A stretch of 64,000 nucleotides of DNA from Clostridia bacterium (GTDB lineage Bacteria; Bacillota; Clostridia; Christensenellales; CAG-138). Positions 18,301 through 28,656 of the stretch are shown one piece after another; position 1 is the stretch's first letter; the number at the start of each line of letters is the position of its first letter. A program made the position numbers and the translations under genes. The stretch lies in NCBI GenBank assembly GCA_017407205.1, contig JAFQXA010000034.1, forward strand, positions 35,584 through 99,583, written 5' to 3'. A model generated the notes under the pieces. The model was given only the letters and a program-made list of their open reading frames with translations, was not told the origin of the DNA and ran no database searches.

Positions 18301-18875
18301 TTATAGTAGTAAGCGAGTGCCCACGAAAGTATACCGGCAACACGCGGTGCTGAAATATTACCTGAATATTCCGTTATTTTATCATTCGGATACGCAAGAT
18401 AATCAAACGCGCCACTTCCTGTTTCTGCATAATATGCCAAAACTTCATCTGCCATATCAAGGTACATTTCCTTTGATACCATGGGCGCTTTAAACGTATC
18501 ATCAGAATACTCACGGAAAGGCACAAACTCGTATGTAATCCTCATGTCAGTATTACCCTCGGACAGAGCTTTTAGTATTCTCGCTGCCAGCAAAGTATAT
18601 GACGGTGTATTGAAAACATACAGAGTTGAGCTGTCGCCTCTCATTGTAGCCCTGTCTGCAACTTCAGTATGGGTATAAAACCTGTTTCGAACAGCATTGA
18701 AACGCTGCAATGCAACCCCCATTGAAATATCGTCTTCAATAATAACGATATCGGGATTCCATTCATCATCAGGATCAGGATTTTGAGCAAAGCTCGGCAT
18801 AACCGCCATCAAAACGAAAGCTATCGCCAGAACGAAGGCTGTCAACTTTTTTATTGTTCTATTTAATGAATACAT
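15375..18875 (-). CDS. secreted scaffoldin-like protein: PMBR-like repeat modules, internal dockerin, cohesin-like domain, C-terminal dockerin
   Basis: Preferred start is ATG at comp. 18873-18875 (MYSLNRTIKKLTAFVLAIAFVLMAVMPSFAQ is a signal peptide) behind AGGAGAG. Dockerin Ca-loops: DVNADG...DVDRNKKINALDLLAFQRAV (~17835-18010) and GDLTGDGKINSRDIAAIQ...GDMRTDKELNSRDIAALQ (15375-15560). Cohesin-like beta-sandwich pattern at ~17400-17815. Repeated modules end in LPE[YNS]I. Confidence 0.75.
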   Translation of the reverse strand: MYSLNRTIKKLTAFVLAIAFVLMAVMPSFAQNPDPDDEWNPDIVIIEDDISMGVALQRFNAVRNRFYTHTEVADRATMRGDSSTLYVFNTPSYTLLAARILKALSEGNTDMRITYEFVPFREYSDDTFKAPMVSKEMYLDMADEVLAYYAETGSGAFDYLAYPNDKITEYSGNISAPRVAGILSWALAYYYNNGVLPEYITTAYKRNERVAIELREESFYVLDYSTDYLKNVPGGTTIEAFLKNFVNRDLYVADEKGNRITDNQSIVRTGWCVCRENEETILDSIVMLVNGDVNADGYGNETDSDIITDAILNGTKHIGITKDVIDVDRNKKINALDLLAFQRAVKGMKNKTVTYNYTAAENAFNLTADKHSISAGEEFKVTISAPVGFKARRIGAMDFSIRINTEFIELVSFKLPDDRSADTVKESVYNEDTKEFRFIWSDAAVPINKIDRLMEITFKAKQDISEIWPSTEMPIYFVSNKSSLYDSYGNKFEFRMAKRYLDEEIVEPIVTPEPEAVFTLDEATAVLMEAGKEYEETGTVPESLTFGEITANKASYFRVACEALTNLLDANENDVPYYTCTEPQGVEEARMSSDTMSKLAYSNVVKRQLAQMNTLTQENEYLCVPAPFIAVNHSYGINGRMDYNRTLITVMRIFSYLAKYGELPENIDIAMERKTYAEVEDIISASKSLIDYYDENFILPQSVILKDELLNMSQFFDVCAKAVSELSNTGAVHRVILQDCTELTWTASDSFVVNEAENLIGKEGYVHFVEQQLEQLDKYSRRQPLMTVEFEETEGFPYSGSMNFTHQLLVLARIMRSFRKTGILPESISADYETARTSYEIPMKLAITACASLYEAYQKDMYAQIPSSKTVEFTNKNGEEVKYIFRQATYAEMAAEVLKELSWDSDYKDLPETITVYEVTNPINPVREDTFEDEVIDKDDYLYLGKAYAKYVKAHANQAPTAMKVNGLDGSLCFDRITVIMLRAISNYAIRRTLGAEVITDYKSDIVPPTPTPTAEATSTPEPTLPVPSGLTLKAESTYVAENGKLKGVEEKTSLIQIITAFDKPENIEIYDNLGNKITEGDALVGTGAQIRLVIDGEVVDTLDVAIVGDLTGDGKINSRDIAAIQKIILGTAQADEITTIAGDMRTDKELNSRDIAALQKKVIGI

Positions 18876-18914
18876 TTTTAACTCTCCTGTTTGCAATTCT
18901 TAAACTCCAAGTTT

Positions 18915-18943
18915 ATTATACCAATTTTCATACAGCCACACAA
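18915..18943 (-). promoter_or_regulatory. putative promoter of the scaffoldin-like gene
   Basis: The reverse strand reads TTGTGT, a 17-nt spacer, then TGgTATAAT (extended -10). Confidence 0.4.
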
Positions 18944-18949
18944 TAAACT

Positions 18950-18991
18950 AATAAAAAATAAATGCCCATTGTTTTTACCACAATGAGCATT
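18950..18991 (-). terminator. intrinsic terminator after asd
   Basis: Reverse strand: AATGCTCATTGT-ggtaaaa-ACAATGGGCATT, followed by TATTTTTTATT. Confidence 0.7.
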
Positions 18992-19007
18992 TTTAAATTT
19001 CATTTGA

Positions 19008-20012
19008 TTATTTTGCAAGCAATTCTGCAATCTGAACAGCATTTGTAGCCGCACCCTTGCGTACCTGGTCGCCACAGCACCAAAGTGTCAATCCAAACTC
19101 TTCGTTTGTTATATCGCGGCGAATTCTGCCAACATATACAAGGTCCTGGTCACTGGTATCAAGGGGCATGGGATATGCCTTCGTTTCGGGATCGTCAACG
19201 AGCTTACAGCCCTTTGCCTTTGCGATTGCTTCTTTTGCTTCTTCAACCGTTATATGTTTCTCTGTTGTAAGAGCTATTGAAATCGAGTGTGAACGCATTA
19301 CGGGAACACGTACGCAAGTGCAGTTTACCTTAAGTGCAGGCAAATGCATAATCTTTCTTCCCTCGTTCTGCATCTTCATTTCTTCGGATGTATAGCCGTT
19401 CTCGCCAAAACCGCCAATCTGGGGAATGAGGTTAAAAGCTATCTGATACGGGAATACCTTTGATGTGATTTCACCGCCTTCTACATAAGCCTTTGCCTGT
19501 GTTTCAAGCTCTGTCAAGCCCTCTGCACCTGCACCTGAAACTGCCTGATATGTTGAAGCTACCATTGTCTTTATGGGGGAAAGCTCCTTTATTGCATTAA
19601 CTGCAACCAATGCGATTATTGTGGAGCAGTTCGGATTTGCGATTATGCCGTTATGCTTTTCTACATCTTCGGGGTTGATTTCGGGAACTACCAAGGGGAC
19701 GTCATCACAAAGTCTGAATGCGCTTGAGTTGTCAACAAATACAGCGCCTGCTGCTTTTATTGCGGGTGCAAATTCCTTTGCATACTTATTATCAACAGCA
19801 CCCAAAACTATATCCATACCCTCGAATGCTTCGTTGCAAGCAAGCTCCACCGTCAACTCTTTTCCTGCAAACATAATCTTTGAACCAACGCTTCTGGGAC
19901 TTGCAAGACATTTAAGCGTATTTACGGGGAAATTACGCTCTGCCAAAACCTTCAACATTTCACGGCCTACGGCACCCGTCGCACCAAGAACTGCTACATT
20001 ATACTTTTTCAT
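19008..20012 (-). CDS. asd: aspartate-semialdehyde dehydrogenase
   Basis: 334 aa. VLGATGAVG NAD motif and NPNCSTI active-site Cys region. Confidence 0.95.
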   Translation of the reverse strand: MKKYNVAVLGATGAVGREMLKVLAERNFPVNTLKCLASPRSVGSKIMFAGKELTVELACNEAFEGMDIVLGAVDNKYAKEFAPAIKAAGAVFVDNSSAFRLCDDVPLVVPEINPEDVEKHNGIIANPNCSTIIALVAVNAIKELSPIKTMVASTYQAVSGAGAEGLTELETQAKAYVEGGEITSKVFPYQIAFNLIPQIGGFGENGYTSEEMKMQNEGRKIMHLPALKVNCTCVRVPVMRSHSISIALTTEKHITVEEAKEAIAKAKGCKLVDDPETKAYPMPLDTSDQDLVYVGRIRRDITNEEFGLTLWCCGDQVRKGAATNAVQIAELLAK

Positions 20013-20023
20013 CTTATTTCTCC

Positions 20024-21358
20024 TTAGTTATTCGTTACAAAGCTGTTGTAAAGCAGCTTAATTGTCTTTTCGAAATCTCTGTTATCAACGCCAACTGTTA
20101 TACTGATTTCGTCAGCACCCTGGGAAATCATTCGGATATTGATGTTTTGATCACCGAGTGCATTGAACACTCTGCCGGAAACACCTGGACGGTACATCAT
20201 CTTGCGACCTACCGTTGCCACAAGTGATATGTTCTCCATAACCTTTACTTCCTCAGGTGAGCAAGCCGCTTTGATTTCTTCAACAATGTCATAAATATAT
20301 TCTTTTACCTTTTCGGTTGAAACAACAACCGAGAAGCAGTCAATACCAGAAAGTGTTGTTTCAATATTTATATCGTAATTCTGGAATACGAGCAATACAT
20401 CACGCATGAGCTTTGCTTCTGATGAAACACGGTTTTTATATACGCTTATAATGCTGAAATTGCGTCTTCCCGAAATACCTGTTATAAATCTGTTGCGTTC
20501 TTCCTCGCTCTGCTCCTTTTCGTCAAAGGATTCCATTATGAGCGTACCCTTATTATCAGGCATATTCGTATTGCGGATATTAAGCGGTATCTGCTTATCT
20601 CTTACGGGGTATATAGCATCCTCGTGAAGAACATCTGCGCCCATGTATGCAAGCTCACGAAGCTCGCCGTATGTTATACGTTCAATGGGCTTGGGCGAAT
20701 CAACTATTCTCGGATCCGCCATCAAAATGCCCGAAACATCAGTCCAGTTTTCGTATATCGTCGCATCTATTGCAGCTGCTGCAATAGAACCGCTTATATC
20801 ACTGCCACCGCGCGACATTGTCTTAACCTTGCCATTGGGAAGTGAACCGTAAAAGCCCGGAATTACAAGACGTTCATACTGTGCCAGCTTCTTTGAAATT
20901 GCCTCGTATGACTTTTCAAGATTTATCTTGCCGTCATAATTAAAGAATACTACATCCTTTGCATCAACAAAGTGATAGCCGAGATAATCCGCCATAAGTA
21001 TAGCGGAAAGATACTCACCGCGCGATACAAGATAGTCTATCGACATATCCTTATTCATACGTGAACGGATTTTCGCAAATTCAGGTTCAAGGTCGCAAGT
21101 CAAGCCACAACCTTCATAAATATCATTGAAACGTTCTTCAATCATATCGAACGTAGGTTTATATGATACACCGTATTTAAGGTGTGCATGGCAAAGATAC
21201 AAAAGATCAGTAACCTTGCTGTCCGTCTTATCCCTCTTGCCGGGAGCAGAAACAACAACTATGCGACGGGAATCGTCAGCCGTTACTATATCCTTTACCT
21301 TTTTGAACTGTTTGCTGTCGGCAAGTGATGAACCGCCGAATTTGACTACTTTAAGCAT
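20024..21358 (-). CDS. aspartate kinase
   Basis: 444 aa. VVKFGGSSL, GGSD, C-terminal ACT domains. Confidence 0.93.
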   Translation of the reverse strand: MLKVVKFGGSSLADSKQFKKVKDIVTADDSRRIVVVSAPGKRDKTDSKVTDLLYLCHAHLKYGVSYKPTFDMIEERFNDIYEGCGLTCDLEPEFAKIRSRMNKDMSIDYLVSRGEYLSAILMADYLGYHFVDAKDVVFFNYDGKINLEKSYEAISKKLAQYERLVIPGFYGSLPNGKVKTMSRGGSDISGSIAAAAIDATIYENWTDVSGILMADPRIVDSPKPIERITYGELRELAYMGADVLHEDAIYPVRDKQIPLNIRNTNMPDNKGTLIMESFDEKEQSEEERNRFITGISGRRNFSIISVYKNRVSSEAKLMRDVLLVFQNYDINIETTLSGIDCFSVVVSTEKVKEYIYDIVEEIKAACSPEEVKVMENISLVATVGRKMMYRPGVSGRVFNALGDQNINIRMISQGADEISITVGVDNRDFEKTIKLLYNSFVTNN

Positions 21359-21372
21359 TTTTAACCTCTCGT

Positions 21373-22530
21373 TTATTTAATCTGTGCAAAGAAACTCTGC
21401 GGACAGTCTTTATACAATTCTTCGGACAAAGCCTTTATGCAGGCTATGCTTACGGGCTTTGTTATATATCTCGAATTACCCTCTTCTTTTTCAACTATAT
21501 CAAGGAATGCCTCAAGCTTACCCATTGTCCTTACATAATATTTATGCAAATTGAGCGAATTATTAACCTCGACACTGTTGTATTCTCTTTTAAGCGTTGC
21601 ATCGTCAAACATGGTATCAAGTATATCCTGTACTACTGAGTTGCCTGTCGGAAACTTACCTGCACCCTGTCCCATGTATGTGCTTCTGCCGACAAACTTG
21701 CCAACATATGTTATGCTGTTATAATTTGAATCAACGCCTGCTTCAAGCGAGGACTTGTCCAAAAGCACAGGAGCAACATAGGCATAAATCGAGCCATCCT
21801 CATTCCTGCCTGCGTTTGCAAAAAGCTTACAAACCATACCGTTGTTTGTAAAGTATTCAACATCGTCATGTGTTATGTTTCTTATACCAAACACGGGAAC
21901 GCTCTCTTCTTTGACTATCGCATCAAATGCAAGGTTTGCGGAAATTATGCACTTGCGCTGTGTATCAAGCCCGTCAATATCCGCACTCGGATCTGCTTCT
22001 GCATATCCTAAGCGCTGTGCCTCTCTCAACGCTACATCAAAGTCGGTATTTTCCTTGAGCATTGAATCGAGTATAAAGTTTGTTGTACCGTTTACAATGC
22101 CCCATAACTCCTCTATTTCATCACTGCGCCTTGCTCTTTTTAAGGATGAAAGCCAAGGAATTCCGCCGCCTGTTGAAGGTGTAAATCTAAGCTGAACACC
22201 GTTTTTCACTGCGGCTTCATGAAGCTCTACAAAATAATTCGACACAAGATGTTTATTTGAGGAAACAACGTGCTTGCCCTTTTCAATACACGCCATTACA
22301 AATTCATAAGCAGGATGCAAACCGCCCATTGCCTCAACAACAAGCTCTATTTCATCATCATTCACGATGTCATTTATATCTTTGGTAACAAGGTGCTCAA
22401 AGCCCTCAGGCACAACAAGAGATATTATGCGTTTGACTTCTATATCTGAAAGTTCAGGCGTAGTACCACTTACGATAATATCATAAACTCCGGTACCGAC
22501 AACACCAAAACCCAAAAGGCCGATTTTCAT
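21373..22530 (-). CDS. hom: homoserine dehydrogenase
   Basis: 385 aa. MKIGLLGFGVVGTG Rossmann motif and central catalytic domain (LRFTPSTGGGIP). Confidence 0.9.
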   Translation of the reverse strand: MKIGLLGFGVVGTGVYDIIVSGTTPELSDIEVKRIISLVVPEGFEHLVTKDINDIVNDDEIELVVEAMGGLHPAYEFVMACIEKGKHVVSSNKHLVSNYFVELHEAAVKNGVQLRFTPSTGGGIPWLSSLKRARRSDEIEELWGIVNGTTNFILDSMLKENTDFDVALREAQRLGYAEADPSADIDGLDTQRKCIISANLAFDAIVKEESVPVFGIRNITHDDVEYFTNNGMVCKLFANAGRNEDGSIYAYVAPVLLDKSSLEAGVDSNYNSITYVGKFVGRSTYMGQGAGKFPTGNSVVQDILDTMFDDATLKREYNSVEVNNSLNLHKYYVRTMGKLEAFLDIVEKEEGNSRYITKPVSIACIKALSEELYKDCPQSFFAQIK

Positions 22531-22645
22531 AATGGCTGCACCTCAATTCTCTTAAAATAAATAGCTTTTACAGCTTGAAATATAACAAAATCTAATATAT
22601 CATAATAAAGGTTCTAATGCAATAAAAATTAGGAGATTTTGACTT

Positions 22646-24136
22646 ATGTTTTATAACAGCACGCGCAATGTTTCTCTCGTTTCAACGCCGTCAATGGCGG
22701 TTTTAAAAGGCATAGCAGATGACGGTGGATTGTATATTTTCAACGCTTATCCCACCATCGCTTCACTTGAAAGCTTAATGTCACTCGATACGCTTGAGCT
22801 TTATACAGAAATACTCTCTGCCCTCATTTGCGATATTCCAAAGGAAAAGATGGGAGAGCTTGTACGCAAAGCATATGTAGGCAAGTTTGAAACAGCTGAT
22901 TTGACTCCCCTTGTAAAAGTCGGTGAGGATTATGTTCTTGAGCTTTTCCGCGGTCCAACCTCCGCTTTTAAAGATGTTGCACTTTCAATGCTTCCGCATC
23001 TTGTCACAGCCTCCGCACAACTCAATGAAGTTAAGGATAACATCCATATTCTTACAGCAACAAGCGGTGACACAGGCAAAGCTGCAATGGCAGGTTTTGC
23101 AGATGTTGACGGCACGCGTATAACCGTATTCTTTCCCAAGGACGGTGTAAGCACGGTTCAGCAGGCACAAATGCTCACACAGGAAGGCTTTAATGTATGC
23201 GTTTGCTCCGTAAAGGGCAACTTTGACGACGCACAGACAGGCGTTAAGGAAATATTTAAAAGCGTAAAGGAAAATGCACTTTTGGAGGGTAAAAACATTC
23301 GTCTTTCAAGTGCAAACTCAATCAATATAGGTCGTCTTGCCCCACAGGTGGTTTACTACTTCAAGAGCTATTTTGACCTCGTAAAAAGCGGTGATATCAA
23401 GCTTTATGACAAGGTTGACTTTGTGGTTCCCACAGGCAATTTCGGCAACATACTTGCAGGCTACATTGCAAAGGGTTTGGGACTTCCTGTCGGCACTTTG
23501 GTTTGTGCAAGCAACGAAAACGATGTCTTGACCGAGTTCATCAACACAGGCAGATACGATAAAAAGCGTACATTCTTCAAAACAGCTTCACCGTCAATGG
23601 ACATCCTTGTTTCAAGCAATCTTGAACGCTTGCTCTATCTCATTTCGGGAAATGATGCTGAGAAGGTCGCTTCATATATGGCAGAGCTTGGCGAAAAAGG
23701 CGAATACACGGTTGATGCTTCAACGCTTCAAAAAATCAAGAAAGAGTTTTATGCCTGTGCTTGCTCCGATGAAGATGCATTTAAGACAATCAAGTCAACC
23801 TACGAAGAAAAAGGTTATCTTTTGGATACTCATACAGCAGTTGCAATGCATGTATGTGAAGACTATAAAAAGAACAATAAAGACCACAATACTTGCGTTG
23901 TTCTTTCAACCGCTTCACCTTACAAATTCGCGGCTGATGTACTCTTTGCGATAACAGGTGAAAAGGAAGAAAACGGTTTTGAAGCATTGAATAAGCTTGA
24001 AACACTCACGGGCGTTCCCATTCCCAAGAATCTTAAGGGACTTGATAAGAAGCCCATACTTCATAATTCATCAATCGAAAAAGAAGAAATGCTAAAATTC
24101 GTACTTGATTACAGCACAAAGGAATTGAGTAAATAA
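22646..24136 (+). CDS. thrC: threonine synthase (long form)
   Basis: 496 aa. ELFRGPTSAFKDVAL (PLP-Lys motif). Divergent from hom. Confidence 0.93.
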   Translation: MFYNSTRNVSLVSTPSMAVLKGIADDGGLYIFNAYPTIASLESLMSLDTLELYTEILSALICDIPKEKMGELVRKAYVGKFETADLTPLVKVGEDYVLELFRGPTSAFKDVALSMLPHLVTASAQLNEVKDNIHILTATSGDTGKAAMAGFADVDGTRITVFFPKDGVSTVQQAQMLTQEGFNVCVCSVKGNFDDAQTGVKEIFKSVKENALLEGKNIRLSSANSINIGRLAPQVVYYFKSYFDLVKSGDIKLYDKVDFVVPTGNFGNILAGYIAKGLGLPVGTLVCASNENDVLTEFINTGRYDKKRTFFKTASPSMDILVSSNLERLLYLISGNDAEKVASYMAELGEKGEYTVDASTLQKIKKEFYACACSDEDAFKTIKSTYEEKGYLLDTHTAVAMHVCEDYKKNNKDHNTCVVLSTASPYKFAADVLFAITGEKEENGFEALNKLETLTGVPIPKNLKGLDKKPILHNSSIEKEEMLKFVLDYSTKELSK

Positions 24137-24142
24137 GCAACA

Positions 24143-24170
24143 AAAAGCCCCTTGATCGGGGCTTTTACTT
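24143..24170. terminator. bidirectional terminator (thrC / small Cys-rich gene)
   Basis: AAAAGCCCC-ttgatc-GGGGCTTTT, with T/A runs on both sides. Confidence 0.75.
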
Positions 24171-24206
24171 TACCTGAAAGAGCTTTATCCTGAAGTATAA
24201 TTGCTC

Positions 24207-24425
24207 TTAGTTACAGCCACAGCCGCAACCGCAACCTGAGTTGTTTGAATTGCTCATACCACAGCCGCAGCCATTGTCACAGCCGAAGCAGCCGCTGCCG
24301 AAGAGCAAGATTATGATGATCCACCAAATGTTTCCGCAATCATCTTCACAACCGCAGCCTGAGTTACCGAGGAGCAAAAGGATGATGATCCACCACCATG
24401 AATTACCGTTACCAAAGTTGAACAT
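24207..24425 (-). CDS. 72-aa tandem hydrophobic/Cys-Gly-rich micro-protein (YjcZ-like tiny TM protein?)
   Basis: Perfect AAGGAGG RBS 8 nt upstream. Sequence is NSWWWIIILLLLGNSGCGCEDDCG, then NIWWIIIILLFGSGCFGCDNGCGCG, then ...SGCGCGCGCN. Confidence 0.6.
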   Translation of the reverse strand: MFNFGNGNSWWWIIILLLLGNSGCGCEDDCGNIWWIIIILLFGSGCFGCDNGCGCGMSNSNNSGCGCGCGCN

Positions 24426-24530
24426 GTTTATTTCCTCCTTGTTTTTTGCGCTTTCTGCGCTGTTCTACGATATATTACTCAGCTTCTTATGATTGTGTGC
24501 ATCGTTTTCTTGTGTTATAATTAAAAAGTT

Positions 24531-26674
<2,144 letters not shown>

Positions 26675-26677
26675 TAC

Positions 26678-27145
26678 ATGGAACACATATATGACAGCAT
26701 GACACTTGAAGATTTTGATATGCTTGGCAAAAAGCTTGCCGCTCTTTTAGACGGCGGTGGCTTCATTGCTTTCTTCGGTGACCTCGGTGCAGGCAAAACA
26801 ACGCTTGTAAAGCTCATTGCAAAGAACCTTGGAATCACGGAAATTGCGAGCCCGACTTTTACGGTCGTACGTGAACACGAAACTTCAGACAAAAAAGCCT
26901 TTTTCCACTTTGATGCATACCGTCTTGAAGATGAGGACGAATTGTCTGCAATAGGCTTTGATGATTATATCGAGCGTGCAAAGGACGGAATAATTGTCAT
27001 GGAATGGTCCGAAAACGTGTTGGGGCTTTTGCCCGATGACCGTTTGGACATTGCAATAACAGGAAGCGGTGACATGAAAAGAACCGTTAAGCTTTCAGCA
27101 TACGGAAAACATCACGAAAGCATATTGAGGGGGCTTTTAGCATGA
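26678..27145 (+). CDS. tsaE: tRNA t6A biosynthesis ATPase TsaE
   Basis: 155 aa. GDLGAGKTTLVK, HFDAYRL. Confidence 0.9.
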   Translation: MEHIYDSMTLEDFDMLGKKLAALLDGGGFIAFFGDLGAGKTTLVKLIAKNLGITEIASPTFTVVREHETSDKKAFFHFDAYRLEDEDELSAIGFDDYIERAKDGIIVMEWSENVLGLLPDDRLDIAITGSGDMKRTVKLSAYGKHHESILRGLLA

Positions 27146-27810
27146 TAGTTTTAGCCGTTTCGACCTCGCTTTCCGCTGCCTCCTGTGCAATTTTCGACAG
27201 CGAGCTTAACACTTTGAAAGAAAAGCAGTGTGCAGATAAGAAGACCTACTCCGAAACCCTTATGCCGACAGTATCTGCGCTTTTGGACGAGTGCAATATA
27301 ACCCCTGATAAAATAGACCTTGTTGCAGTCGATATAGGTCCCGGCTCATTCACAGGTGTGAGAATAGGCGTTGCATCATCAAACGCCCTTGCCTGCGCAC
27401 TCAGCAAAGAAATGATCGCTGTTTCGTCCCTTGAAGCTTTGGCATACCCCTTTATTTTTGACAATGCTCAGGTAGTTTCACTTCTTGATGCACGAAACGG
27501 AAACGGCTATGGTGCTGTTTACCAAAACAGCAAAGAAGCCGTGTCGCCTTCCGCCATAGTTATAAATTATTTTTTAGAAAGCATCGACTCTTCACTCGAT
27601 ACGCTTTTTGTAGGCGATGGCGCGAGAATTCACAAAAATCTCATCCTTGAAAAAATGCCGTCTGCACGTTTTTGTGAAGATGAGCAAATAAGCACGTCAC
27701 TTCTTGCAAGATATGCCTTTGAAAAGTATAAAAACGGCGAAGCGACAAACGAGGTTTTACCTCTGTATTTAAGACCGTCGCAGGCGGAGCGTTTGTATGG
27801 AAAAAGCTAA
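27142..27810 (+). CDS. tsaB: tRNA t6A biosynthesis protein TsaB
   Basis: 222 aa. DIGPGSFTGVRIGV. Overlaps tsaE. Confidence 0.88.
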   Translation: MIVLAVSTSLSAASCAIFDSELNTLKEKQCADKKTYSETLMPTVSALLDECNITPDKIDLVAVDIGPGSFTGVRIGVASSNALACALSKEMIAVSSLEALAYPFIFDNAQVVSLLDARNGNGYGAVYQNSKEAVSPSAIVINYFLESIDSSLDTLFVGDGARIHKNLILEKMPSARFCEDEQISTSLLARYAFEKYKNGEATNEVLPLYLRPSQAERLYGKS

Positions 27811-28282
27811 TTCTCCGATAATAATTCGTCCGATGCAGTCCTGCGATATAGACGGTGTGTTTGCACTTGAAAACGCCTGTTTCCGTTCCCCGTGGTCAAA
27901 GGAGTCACTTGCAGGCGAGCTAAAAAACAAGGTTGCACACTATCTCGTCATGCAATATGAAGATGAGCTTATAGGCTATGCCGGTATGTGGGTAATGTAT
28001 AACGAAGCACACATAACAAACATAGGCATATCCCCTGCTCACCGCTCAAAGGGGCTTGGTAAACGGCTCATGCTTGCCATAATGGAATATGCGTTGACTT
28101 TTTCTGCAAATGAAATGACACTTGAAGTACGGGAGTCAAACACAGTAGCACAGAACTTATACTTCTCTCTTGCGTTTGAATGTGCAGGAATAAGAAAGCA
28201 CTATTATTCCGACACTGATGAAGCAGCTATGATTCTTTGGAATCACGATATAGAAAAAACAGTAAAGGAGCATAAAAAATGA
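27797..28282 (+). CDS. rimI: ribosomal-protein-alanine N-acetyltransferase (GNAT)
   Basis: 161 aa. GISPAHRSKGLGKRLM acetyl-CoA motif. Conserved tsaE-tsaB-rimI order. Confidence 0.85.
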   Translation: MEKANSPIIIRPMQSCDIDGVFALENACFRSPWSKESLAGELKNKVAHYLVMQYEDELIGYAGMWVMYNEAHITNIGISPAHRSKGLGKRLMLAIMEYALTFSANEMTLEVRESNTVAQNLYFSLAFECAGIRKHYYSDTDEAAMILWNHDIEKTVKEHKK

Positions 28283-28656
28283 AACAAACAATAATCGCTG
28301 AAAACGCACCCAAAGCACTCGGACCCTACAGCCACGCAATAAAGGTTAACGGTATGGTATTCACTTCCGGTCAGATTGGTCTCGATCCCGAAACAGGTGC
28401 TTTAAAAGAAGGCATCGAAGAACAGACAAAACAGGTCCTTAAGAATCTTGAAGCTGTACTTACAGCAGCAGGTGTTAAGGTAACAGATGTTGTAAAAACA
28501 TGCGTATTTGTTCAGGACCTTAAAGACTTTGCAACAGTCAACAAGATATACGGCGAAGTATTCACACACGCTCCTGCACGTTCCTGTGTTCAGGTTGCTG
28601 CATTGCCCGCCGGTGCACTCGTTGAGATAGAAGCCATTGCAGCAAGTGATAACTGA
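28279..28656 (+). CDS. ridA: RidA/YjgF family reactive-intermediate deaminase
   Basis: 125 aa. APKALGPYSHAI...PARSCVQVAALP...VEIEAIA. Confidence 0.9.
   Translation: MKQTIIAENAPKALGPYSHAIKVNGMVFTSGQIGLDPETGALKEGIEEQTKQVLKNLEAVLTAAGVKVTDVVKTCVFVQDLKDFATVNKIYGEVFTHAPARSCVQVAALPAGALVEIEAIAASDN

Noticed and set aside
22531-22645. Lysine, threonine or T-box type leader controlling hom-aspartokinase-asd or thrC
   Set aside because: The 115-nt AT-rich divergent region is too short and lacks the conserved L-box or T-box elements I can recognise.
24241-24492. 83-aa plus-strand ORF (Pro/Gln-rich) opposite the Cys/Gly micro-protein
   Set aside because: Only the minus-strand frame has a perfect AAGGAGG RBS at the correct spacing and ends before the terminator. 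The plus frame is its complement artefact.
24426-24530. preQ1 riboswitch upstream of queA-tgt
   Set aside because: No preQ1-I/II-like hairpin with an A-rich tail is present. The region contains only a TGTGTTATAAT extended -10 promoter.
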